DNA of 64,000 nucleotides from Eledone cirrhosa (Eukaryota): NCBI GenBank assembly GCA_964016885.1, contig OZ024743.1, positions 233,492,001 to 233,556,000 of the forward strand, read 5' to 3'. Shown piece by piece: positions 28,890 to 39,455 of this stretch (position 1 is its first letter; each line of letters starts with the position of its first letter). The notes under the pieces were generated by a model. It saw only the letters and a program-made list of their open reading frames with translations, ran no database searches and was not told where the DNA came from. The position numbers and the translations under genes were made by a program.

Positions 28890-29530
28890 ATATAAAAGAG
28901 GGGAAGCCAAGGACTACAAACTCCATAATGTGATGAAACAATTCACTGATTTACAATACACATATCAAACTGCCTAACTGTTAACAGAATTAGACTATCT
29001 CACTAATTTTAGAGGTAAAACGACTAATCTCTATGGTTTGTCGAAAGTACATTAATTAATTAAGGAGATATGCAAAATGAGGAAAAACAATTGTGTTAAT
29101 ATACCCACAACCCCTGACTTAAATCCTATTATAGCAGACTCAATTTGCAAAACACACCGTCTCAGCAATTTCTTTTATTTAAACCTCTCCTCAAACATAT
29201 TCGAAGTTTTATATTAGATGATTTAGATTTTCTCAACCCTCTACCAGTTTATGTAAGCCAAAACACTTACATGGTCTCATTGGATGTTGTGAGCCTATAC
29301 AGTAACATTCCATACGATTACGTAATGGAAACGATTAAATACTGGCCAGACTCATTCCCTTATCAACTACCAAACTGCTTACATGGTCTCATTGGATGTT
29401 GTGAGCCTATACAGTAACATACCACACGATTACGTAATGGAAACGATTAAATACTGGCTAGACTCATCCCTTATCAACTATCAAACCGCTTCAATAAAAA
29501 TTTCATCATAAACGGACTCGAATTCATTAA
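28890..29530 (+). mobile_element. Neptune-type PLE RT fragment with internal 112-bp tandem duplication
   Basis: NLYGLSKVH, PIIA, THRLSNF, KHIRSFILDDLDFL and VSLDVVSLYSNIP match the 1200-1950 element. The duplication is 29266-29377/29378-29489. Confidence 0.8.
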
Positions 29531-29599
29531 CCTGAAACTGACATATATTTCAAACCTTCTTGAACATGGTCAAACTACACTAAACTGGTAACTCCGAAT

Positions 29600-29782
<183 letters not shown>

Positions 29783-29789
29783 AAATATG

Positions 29790-29886
29790 ACCCGGACGGC
29801 AGAGCTCAAGCCGTTTCGACGGCTATTTCTGGACTAAATTAGAATTTTTAGCCTGGTGAATAAATACCCCAACTTGTCAAGGGGGT
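29790..29886 (-). ncRNA. Second U3-A8 hammerhead copy (family A)
   Basis: Minus strand reads ACCCCC-TTGACAA-[stem II]-GAAA-CGGCTTGAGCTCTGCCG-TC-CGGGT. The flank 29890-30010 is homologous to 6935-7046. Stem I has one mismatch and stem II is degraded. Confidence 0.6.
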
Positions 29887-30185
29887 ACTTCCTTATATGG
29901 GAAGATTGTAGTTGTCAAGAGGATTGGTTAAAATTTGTTGTAAACACAAATAAGTCTATCATGGCATTTGGTGGGAGGTAGGGGTGGCTGAACTTGCCTG
30001 TAGAACAATAGGGGAGTGAGTGGAGCGGTCAACTTGTAGAAATTGAGTAGTACCAAAACTGATACAAAATTAAAAGGGTTTAACACGTCTGCTATAAGTA
30101 GTTAGTAAAACGTATCCGGTCAATTCTATTTTCAAATTACAAGGGTGGGGGAACTGATGCTACAGAGGCCCGATGGGCTGTATCG

Positions 30186-32325
30186 TCTTCGGCCAGGCGC
30201 GTTCGTCTGGCAACCCTAACATGGTCTCTTGCGAGCTAACTTCAAAACGGTAACAAATAACTTTACTTCATTCTTTCATCTACTCATGGGCATGTCAACT
30301 ATACTATTCTACATAACTTCAACTTGTTAATTAAACTTTATACACACAACGGAGTCTCCTGTTATATTCATACACACCAGTATTTTGTTATAAGCGGTGA
30401 CCCCGAAAAAAGAAAAAAATGATAGGATCTGGTGTTGTGTGAATATATATAAAAAAATTAATTAACAGTACCTCATTTTCGTTGGAATGTGTCGACGACA
30501 TTTCGAATACGCAGCAAACTTTATTAACAAAGACACAGAAACGAACACACGCGCATGTGAAATTCTCGTTCAGACAGACTCTTCTTCTCTCACCTAACGT
30601 GATATTATTTTTATTCGGACTAAGAAATCCCTCCGACCTCCTTAAACATGGATTTCTCTCCGCATATACTGTCTCATAACGAACACATCAAAAAAGAAAA
30701 AGAAAAGAAATTTTTTCTCGGCAAGCAAAATAAACAGAAAATTTTGCCTTTCACGCACGTGTCGTACATCAACTATGTGTCGCATTTCACTGGATGTATA
30801 TATATGTTTTTCGTTTCTTCTTACAACGAACACTTAAATCAAAAAGAGAAATTTGATTTTTATTTTTACACATTTCAACATTTATTTTCGCTGAATCTCA
30901 ACTATTGCTTATTTCTTCCGCCAAGCATTTTTCATCGTTCACAAAAAAGTTGAACTCGCCATATTTGTTATACCAAGTGAAGCCTTTTTTTCTTTTTCAT
31001 CATATTATCACGTTCACACACACATTTTTCAAAATGGCTGCCAACGACCTGTTGTACTATCATTTTCGCGCCATTTTCTCGCGCAATAAAAATATATTTT
31101 TTTCCACTTGACTTTAACCTTGTTTCGGCACGTAAGGGGAGCACACATCTCGACTCACTGAGATAACACACGCCATAGATAATGTTTCTTGCCAAGGATT
31201 CTCCAGCCTTAAGGTATATTCTCCTATTTTCCGGTTTAAAAATTTACCTCGTAAATTTGCCGTTGAAAACTGCGCATTTATTCAGAATGCTTATTACTTT
31301 GGTCGCTGGCCTGTTGACCCTTCCAGGTCAACGCATTCTCAACATCGACCATCAACTGTGGCTGTTATTACTAGCACTTTGCGCAACTCATCTTTTCTGG
31401 GAAAGATTTCACTGAACGGAAACAACATCGAATACGCTCACTCCGCGAGACAACAACATCAACAACCAAAACCAGCAGAACAAAACAGAGAACTTATTTT
31501 TGCAGCACTCTTCCTGTGAGAAAGTCCCACCGATTTTCACGTTGCACCACAGTCTACAAACCACCTGCATACATTCTCTGGATGACACACTTTCTTTCCT
31601 GTTGTCATGTGATTGCACACATGTGAATTGTATTTTGAACATTTGAACTTTGACCTCTTCTTTTACTTTGATTACATTGTATCTTTGAGTGATGGATTGA
31701 TAGATGTCCAGTCGTTCTCTGGCCAAGAGCGGTTGGCTACCTTGATATCTATCATTGATTTTTGCATGCATATATTTTGCTGTTTTCCTTTTATTGCAAA
31801 CATTATTTTTTTCGTAATTTTCATGCCTGGACTTTGGTATTACATGCTCGCCATCTTACTCCATACATGGTTCATTCGATTTTTATATTAAAAAAATCTG
31901 GCGGTGGATAATGCAGCAAGAATTGCCTCCTTGTTATGACAATCACATCACCGCTCTCTAGACAGGAAGAAGCTGGAGTTACTTCCCGTTGGGGTGGCAG
32001 AACCCTTTTTGTCACTTCCGTCTTGGACCCTATAAGAGGGATACTCAGAGCGATCTCTCTCTCATTTGCCCTTTCGGCGCGTTCGCCGATGCTTCACTCT
32101 CTTCTAACCTGCCTGGCTCTTCGGCCAGGCGCGTTCGTCTGGCAACCCTAACATGGTCTCTTGCGAGCTAACTTCAAAACGGTAACAAATAACTTTACTT
32201 CATTCTTTCATCTACTCAAGGGCATTTCAACTATACTATTCTACATAACTTCAACTTGTTAATTAAACTTTATATACACAACTGAGCATATTTGTTATAT
32301 TCATACACACCAGTATTTTGTTATA
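30186..32325 (+). mobile_element. Degenerate/non-autonomous LTR retroelement (Gypsy-like)
   Basis: Direct repeats 30186-30392 and 32118-32325 end in TGTTATA. A PBS-like CGGTGACCCCGA (30395-30406) matches the tRNA-Trp 3' end apart from one base. Purine-rich GGCGGTGGATAA precedes the 3' LTR 31912-32325, which starts with TG. Confidence 0.7.
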
Positions 32326-32455
32326 GAATATAACAAATTTTGGATGTATTAATTGTTTTCACTACATAGGCTTGGTGACTTGTTATAAAATGTGTTAGCC
32401 AGCGGTATGTGTTGTTGCTTTCTTAAGGAGGTGTTGAGTATTTTGTGTTTAAATA

Positions 32456-32999
32456 CAGGGCTGGACTTTCACCTGCTGAAATCCTAAGCTATATAAAATT
32501 TGAGGCCCTTCTCTAAAACAATTCGGATAAAAAATTAAAAATAATTAGACATGATTATCATTTATATTATAAATTGGCAGTATCAGTAGAGGGTCGGACG
32601 CCATGCTTTGAAGGCATAGAGTTACGGCCCTTGCCAATCTGAGTTCAAATCCCGCCGAGGTTAACTTTGCCTTTCATCCTTACGGGGTCGATAAAATAAA
32701 GTACCAGTAATGTACTGAGTAATTGCTGGCCTTGTGCCAATAGTATAAACAATTATTTTAATAATTGTTTCTACTTTTGTGACTATGCTGGAAAGCATGG
32801 CGTCCGACCCTCTACCGATACTGCCAATCCACCGCCCTTGATTATTTTAATAATGAATAATAAATAATATATGTATATAACATTTTTATGATTTAGTGTT
32901 AAAGAATATAAACTGATGATAAAATAAAAATATAATGAGTCTCCCGAGGGTGCGTGGCCCCAAATTAGCTAATTTAACTGATAAGGAAGTCCAGTACTA
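32456..32999. mobile_element. hAT-like MITE carrying SINE insertions
   Basis: TIR CAGGGCTGGACTT ... AAGTCCAGTACTA; 8-bp flanks TTTAAATA and TGTAAATA. Confidence 0.55.
32572..32828. mobile_element. SINE (+, 32572-32756) and internally deleted SINE (-, 32762-32828), tail-to-tail
   Basis: Family motifs appear in both orientations. Confidence 0.85.
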
Positions 33000-33279
33000 T
33001 GTAAATATATAGTGAGGAATAGAGTTAAAAGCTTTGTTTGAGTCGAATGTATTTAGAATGGAATGGTACATGTGGAATGTATGGGGCTTTGTTGGGTTTA
33101 AAAGTATAACGATAGTTAAGGGGACTATGAATCAGTGTAGTAATTTCGAAAATGAACATGTGTGTGTTTGTATGTTGTTTTTATTTTATTTGCTGGCTCA
33201 ATTAGACATGTGGACTTGACTGATGTTGATATTCAGTTTAAATTGGTGTAGGTCGACTATAGCAGGAAAGGCATGTTGC

Positions 33280-33560
33280 AGAGTGAGAATTCCAGAGGAT
33301 CAGCTTTCTGGGGAGGAAGGCCTGAGCGTAATGAATGGTTAGTGCGATTCTTGGTAGTTGAACACAACATAGGGGATGAGAGGAGGAGAGACGACCGAGA
33401 TGTGAAGACTTGAGTGTAAATGGTCTTAGAAGTCATCATAGAAGCCATGTACAAAATGTTGCCGATTATGGTCTCTTTGGTATTTCTTCCTGTCGGAAGT
33501 GTGGAAAACAATATGCCTCGGCCGCTGGACCCCAAAGTCATTTGAAAATTCACCAAAACA
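33280..33560 (+). mobile_element. LINE ORF2 C-terminal remnant with C2H2-like motif
   Basis: CRKCGKQYASAAGPQSHLKIH, preceded by a charged, Arg-rich segment. Confidence 0.4.
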
Positions 33561-33712
33561 AAACAGTGAACCAAAGAGAAAGTAATGTTCATCACATCAC
33601 TGCAGTATATTCAGAAAGGAATTTAAATCCTTGGCAGGGATAAAGTGTCATGTTCGTGCCACTTATGTATGTGAGGTGGCAATTCTTGAAATCGAGATGC
33701 AGCCATTATCTC

Positions 33713-33778
<66 letters not shown>

Positions 33779-34107
33779 TATATGCTTTTACTGTAGTGTA
33801 TATATATATATTTATATATATATATACATACACTATGTGTGTGTGTGTGTGCATGTGAGGGAGTGAGGGGTGGTGGACACACACATGCTTTTACTGCAGT
33901 ATATATATATATACATACATACACTATATGTGTGTGTGAGGGGGAGGGAGAGGTACACACACACGCACACATATATAGTGTATGTATATATATAAATATA
34001 TATATATACACTGCAGTAAAAGTTTGGTAGAAATATCCAAGAGTAAGAGCACTCAGTCCATAGGACGAGTTTAGTATAAATAATTACAACAGTGACATAA
34101 ACAGGTA

Positions 34108-34532
34108 TGTAGCAAGAGTTACCTCCCTTGTTGTGACGATCACATCACCAATAGATTAACGTTCTCTAGACAGGAAGTAGCTGGAGTTACTTCCCGTTGG
34201 AGTAGCAGAACCCTTTTTGTCACTACCGTCTTGAGACCCTATACAAGGGATACTCAGAGCGATCTCTCTCTCATTTGCCCTATCGGCTGCTGGCCTTCGG
34301 CCAGGCGCGTTCGCCGAGTCTCTACTCTTTGCCACCCCAACGGGATAATGTAGCAAGAGTTGCATCCCTTATTGTGACGATCACATCACCAATAGATTAA
34401 CGCTCTCTAGACAGGAAGTAGCTGGAGTTACTTCCCGTTGGGGTGGCAGAACCCTTTTTGTGACTTCCGACTTGAGATCCTATATCTATTGGTGATGTGA
34501 TCGTCACAACAAGGGAGGCAACTCTTGCTACA
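34108..34532. mobile_element. TGT...ACA element with 49-bp TIRs and 4-bp TSD, made of LTR U3 sequence
   Basis: GGTA|TGTAGCAAGAGTTACCTCCC...ACCAATAGAT and ATCTATTGGT...GGGAGGCAACTCTTGCTACA|GGTA (1 mismatch). The interior matches 31912-32140 twice (34108 and 34349). Confidence 0.85.
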
Positions 34533-34821
34533 GGTACTTAGGTTTCATTGGGTTCTGGACCCCAACTCATTCAGCCTGTCATTATAAAAATAAAAATAAA
34601 GATGGCCACCTAGGGTTGATTATGATTTCCTTTCAGAAATATATCTATTCACTACACCACACGACTTCGCAGACAGACATCTTTTACGTATGCCTAAGTA
34701 TTCATATGAATATACATTCAGATTACAGCTTGTAGAGATAAGTTAAGTGTTCAAGTATTTATCTCTTACACCTCTCAACCCCCAAGAATTAGTGCATTTC
34801 CTATTATTTTTACATTCCCTA

Positions 34822-35350
34822 GGGCGGAGGATTGGCAGAATCGGTACAGCGTCGGACAAAATGCTTTGCAGTATTTAGTTATGACCCTTTAGGTTCTAAC
34901 TTAAAATCCCACCGAGCTTAGCTTTGCCTTTCATCCTTACGGCGTCGATAAAATAAAGTACCAGTAACGCACTGGAGTCGATTTAGTCGACTTTCCCCCT
35001 TCCCTCCAAATTGTTGGCCTTGTGCCAAATGTAGAAACAATTCTTCTTATATTCTCTAGGGCGGTGGATTGGCAGAGCATCGGACACCATGCCTCGTAAC
35101 ATATAGCTACATATCTTTACGTACTGCGTTGGAATCCCGTCGAAGTTAGCTTTGACGTTCATCCTTACGTGGTCGATAAAATAAAGTACCAGTAACGTAC
35201 TGGGGTACAAATTAATAGGAGTGTTCCTTCCCTTCAAAATGCTGGCCTTGCTCCAAAAGTAGAAGCAATTATTCTTATACTCCATAGGCGGAGAACTCGC
35301 AGAGTCGTTAGAACGTCAGATATTGTGCTCCTCTGTATCCGAGTTCAAAT
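34822..35350 (+). mobile_element. Tandem older SINE copies (two full, one partial)
   Basis: ggcgg..gattggcaga heads, ttcatccttac..gtcgataaaataaagtaccag bodies and agaa.caatt.ttcttata tails. Confidence 0.8.
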
Positions 35351-36564
35351 ACTATACTACTCAAGAAAACGGGGCCACTACGTCTCCATAAGTAATTAGT
35401 GGCCGATTTAGCCTTCATACCACTACCGTAATACAGTTTGTGTCACAGTAATGTATAATAATAATTTTTAATTAATGACTTATCAATTTAATAATAACGT
35501 CGTTTGTGTTACTAGAAGTTCTGTACGAAACCCTATTCAATCCCATACTTTAACCTACTTTCATTTAAATTCAACTCAATCAAACAATGACCAGATGTTT
35601 ATCTGGGTATCTACCACGTCACCTTCAATGTGTCGCTTTCGCTTATTAAATGCCAGCCAGATTCTACATATAAAAGCATTTTCAAAGCCAAATTCTTTTG
35701 AAATAACTATTTAGGCCATGAATTTCACTGTGTTTTTTCCCCCAAAAACACGTATCTCTCTTCATTTAACTGCGAATCTTCTCTCACCATTCTTTCTTTA
35801 TTTATTTTCTTTTTCATCCTCTCTTTTTCCAACATTTTTCTCCTTATTTTATGTTACTTTTTTCTCTGAAACGTTTTCCCTCTAGCTTCTTCTCAATGCT
35901 TTACAAGCTATGGGAAAATCACAAGGTTTAAACACACACAAAAGAAAACTGTTAATCATGAATAAATATATGTAGTTCTATTTCACGAAGCATTCAAGAC
36001 TTTACTTTGTATGAGAATGACTTGTTCGTAAGAAAAAGCAAGCAAGTGAACAATCAGGGTAGTATAGGTACTTTATTAATTGCATGTTTAGTGTGTCTAT
36101 AACACCACCTTATAAAAGAACTTCCACTCAACATACATAATATATATCGATAGTCGATCGACAAGATCATCATTCACTTAACGAGTGGAGTGGAGATCGT
36201 TAAATCGGACCGAGTAAACAATGTTTCCATTGGTCTTTCCAATTGCTAATACTATTTGTCGGTCGCAACTCCACGCAGAAGGAACAACGTGAAATAAAGT
36301 GTCTTGCTCAACAAGGACATAACGCATCGCCCGGTCAGCGAAGCGCCTTCATATAATATTTATATTACGAGCCGGCTGCCTGAGAAACATTTGTAGTCGG
36401 GTTGAACAATGAGTCTCATATGTAACACCTCCACTTTGTTCTTATTATATACACTCTACAGAGAATCAAAGCATGTATACATTTTTTGGGGACATCCTGT
36501 ATATACAGAAATACGAGATATAATAAATAATTTGTGTAATTGTTTAAACATTTTTGTATTCCAG

Positions 36565-36700
36565 TTACTGCATTGCTGTGTACGCCAACAAGCTATGGGT
36601 GTGAGATTCAAGCGGAGAAAGACTATATCGGTTGCATCACTTACTTTGAAAATTCATCTAATTTTACCGTCTTATCCAAGACACTTGGTATCATTTGCAG
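36565..36700 (+). CDS. Gene B internal exon (paralog of 12102-12237)
   Basis: ttttgtattccag acceptor and gtaagc donor; 136 bp, phase 1 to 2. Reads TALLCTPTSYGCEIQAEKDYIGCITYFENSSNFTVLSKTLGIIC. Confidence 0.8.
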
Positions 36701-36789
36701 GTAAGCTGATATATTTGCCACTAACTTATAACCTATGAAGTCTAGAAAATTGGCAGATATGGTAGAATATCACTGTTATTTTGCAGAAA

Positions 36790-37030
36790 TTGCAGACAAA
36801 TCTCGAGAGATAAGGAGCTCGATTCTCCATAGTGATGGCTGGTCCTCTAGAGGTATTTTCCGTGTTTGTGATTCCCACATTCTCGAATTTCAAATCACCG
36901 AAATTCACAGAAAACGATTCCTGCTCTGCGGATCATTCGGATTTCGGATAATACCAAAGACAGGAATATTCACCACCAGTGCATCAATAGTATCTGAAGG
37001 AAGATATCTATTCGGGATGAAAACACAAAG
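36790..37030 (+). mobile_element. Possible Merlin/IS1595-like DDE transposase remnant
   Basis: IRSSILHSDGW and, later, P.TG...QCINSI(stop) resemble GS.IHSD.W and DP.TG.HTQ.IES.W. Heavily decayed. Confidence 0.35.
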
Positions 37031-37173
37031 GACGTTGGACAAATAAACATGAAGAAATATCTGCATACCGATATGGAACAGGAAAATTGCAATAAACGAA
37101 TACAACACACAAATATGTGTAGGTAAACGTAAATGAAATGAAAAAAAGTTAATACAAATTAGATAGTGACATA

Positions 37174-37720
37174 TACAGATAGTGACATATTCAAAACTAG
37201 AACTTACCGTTTTCAGTTCTGTTTGAAAAATATATATTATAGTTAATAATAGACTATTAATATGAATATATTATATACATATTTTCATATTAATAGCCTA
37301 TTATTATAGACTATTAATATGAATATATGTATATAACATATTCATATAATAGTCTATTATTAACTATAATATATATATTTTTCTTATATTCTTTCCTTAA
37401 ATTTCTTCCACCCTAATAATTGTTTCTACTTTTTGGCACAAGGCCAGCAAATACCCAGTGCATTACTGGTACTTTATTTTATCAACTCCATAAGGATGAA
37501 AGGCAAAGTTAACCTCGGCGGGAATAACCTCTATTTCCTCTTCCTTTAAAAAATAATCCTAATAATTATTTAAATTTACCTAGCGTCTAAACATAAAGAT
37601 CTTTTTCAATTTTAAAGTTATCCTCATTAGCATATTCATTCTATGATTCGAAGTTCTCCTTCACTATTCAAACAGAACTGAAAACGCCAAGTTCTAGTTT
37701 TGAATATGTCACTATCTGTA
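37174..37720. repeat. 54-bp inverted repeat (37174-37227/37667-37720) enclosing an AT-rich palindrome (37226-37381)
   Basis: Direct reverse-complement matching. Confidence 0.88.
37415..37523 (-). mobile_element. 5'-truncated SINE
   Basis: Family body and tail on the minus strand. Confidence 0.8.
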
Positions 37721-37733
37721 AAACAACTTTTGT

Positions 37734-37793
37734 ATTTTATCTGATGAGGGCGTACCAAAAATGTTGGTACCCTTGAAATATATATAATAAAAT
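37734..37793 (+). ncRNA. Type I hammerhead ribozyme (family C)
   Basis: ATTTTAT-CTGATGA-GGGcGTACCAA/aaatg/TTGGTACcCTT-GAAA-TATATA-TA-ATAAAAT. Stem I is a perfect 7 bp. Confidence 0.8.
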
Positions 37794-37835
37794 GAATATG
37801 GTTTTATAAAGATAGTTTCCATTTATTAATATTAT

Positions 37836-37897
<62 letters not shown>

Positions 37898-38040
37898 ATA
37901 ATATTCAATCAATTTGATTAGTGTTTCCTTCGGTGTTTTACTTTACATAGGCTACTAACATACATCATGTATGAATTATACTAAAACCAAATTCATGTAA
38001 AGCCATGTGTATATCTGTCTAACTTTGTTTTTGTTTCTAG

Positions 38041-38192
38041 TGCCAACCAAACTCACAACAAACAAAGGTTTCTTGATTGCCAACGCAATGTAATGAAAGC
38101 ATGCACAAATTTTTCTGAGACGACATTTCTTAATGGAATAAATCTCAATATATTTGATGACATTAACAATGAACTATGTAAACACAAGGAAG
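38041..38192 (+). CDS. Gene B internal exon (paralog of 15660-15802)
   Basis: tctaac..tgtttctag acceptor and gtaaac donor; 152 bp, phase 2 to 1. Reads ANQTHNKQRFLDCQRNVMKACTNFSETTFLNGINLNIFDDINNELCKHKE and shares C, AC, GINLN and LCK with gene A. Confidence 0.82.
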
Positions 38193-38529
38193 GTAAACAT
38201 ATAGATTTTTCTTTTGTTCTGGGGAAATGCTGGGTATTTTAACTAGAAAAGATGTTGTCGCGGTTCGTAAACTCTCATAAGCGCTGCTCTTAAAATGGAA
38301 GCGAATGAACCTCCGTCTATTTCGTCGATGAGTGTTCTTGCTGCTAGATCAAAGGAACAGCATGTCCGGGAAGTTAACGTAATTCTAGGGAGATTTAGCG
38401 CGGGACAATGCGAAAAAAGCTGGCCCTCTGAAATGCGGATGCAGTCCATCTGACGAGATTCCAAGTAGGTTTCTCCTTCTCAATTCTACTCTTAAGGATT
38501 GGATTAACTTGTGGCTATAGAAAATTAGG

Positions 38530-38610
38530 CTTGCTCAAGATGGCACACCGTGTGATCGAACCCGGAACGTAATGATTGTGAACCGAACTTCTTAACTACT
38601 CGGCCATGCT
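38530..38610 (-). mobile_element. tRNA-derived SINE head fragment
   Basis: Minus strand GCATGGCCGAGTAGTTAAG..GGGTTCGATC has A and B boxes. Confidence 0.55.
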
Positions 38611-38789
38611 GTATCCACGCTCTCAGAATAACATCACTGTAAATGCTAACGAATGATATAATTTAATATATGTAAAATTAAAAACTATGAATTCGTGTGG
38701 ATTGACGATAGATAGTCTTTGCTAATTTGATTCGGCTAGATACATGTTATAGAAACGAGGAAATCGTTGGTGTTTCGTATGATTTCTAA

Positions 38790-39455
38790 ATATTCAATTG
38801 TTAAACGCCTGAAATAGAGAATTTATTCTCAGGCTGACCCGTGTGTGCCGGGTGGCCTGGATCTCTGATAAGGCACCTAAACAATGGCAATCTCGAGTAA
38901 TATTCCCAATTTTCAAAAAGGGAGACAAGAGATTGTTCCAATTTAAGAGGGATCTCCTTGTTAAGCCTCCCCGGTAAAGTCGATGCTGAGTGTCAGGCAA
39001 AGAGATGCAGAGAGACTATCGAGTCCAAGCTAGCTGATGAACAGTGTTGTTTTCGCCATGGACACAGCATAGCCGACCAAAAATTCACACTGCAGTAGGT
39101 CTTCGAGAAATCGTGGGAGTATTGCCAAGAGGTATATTCTTATTTTGTCACCTTGAAAAGACATATGACCGCGTCCCTCGGGATCTGCCGTGGATTGTTC
39201 TGCAGGAATATGGGAGCGATGGTCTGCTCCTTGCTGCTTAATGTCTCTATGCGAATGCCCAAGTATTTGTGTTCGGATAAATGGTGCTAAATCGAAACCA
39301 TCCAATATGGGAGTCTGACTCCACCAAGGGTGCGTACTGTCACATCTATTCATTATTTACATGATCAGGATTGGCATGCGCAGTTGGTTTGGAAGTGTAA
39401 AATCGGGTGTAAAATCAGTCGACTGGAATTTGCAGAGGACATGGTGTTACTTAAC
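38790..39455 (+). mobile_element. RTE-like LINE reverse transcriptase fragment, decayed and truncated by the satellite
   Basis: PKQW..VIFPIFKKGD..RGISLLSLPGKV; LEKTYDRVPR; LHQGCVLS; FAEDMVLL (decayed FADD) immediately before the array. Confidence 0.8.

Noticed and set aside
36409-36421. Candidate first exon of gene B (ATGAGTCTCATAT|gtaaca giving MSLIF..)
   Set aside because: The phase fits but the donor is weak and there is no matching exon for gene A; it is unsupported without transcripts.
38449-38480. CTGACGA hammerhead core
   Set aside because: No GAAA follows stem II and there are no stem I/III partners.
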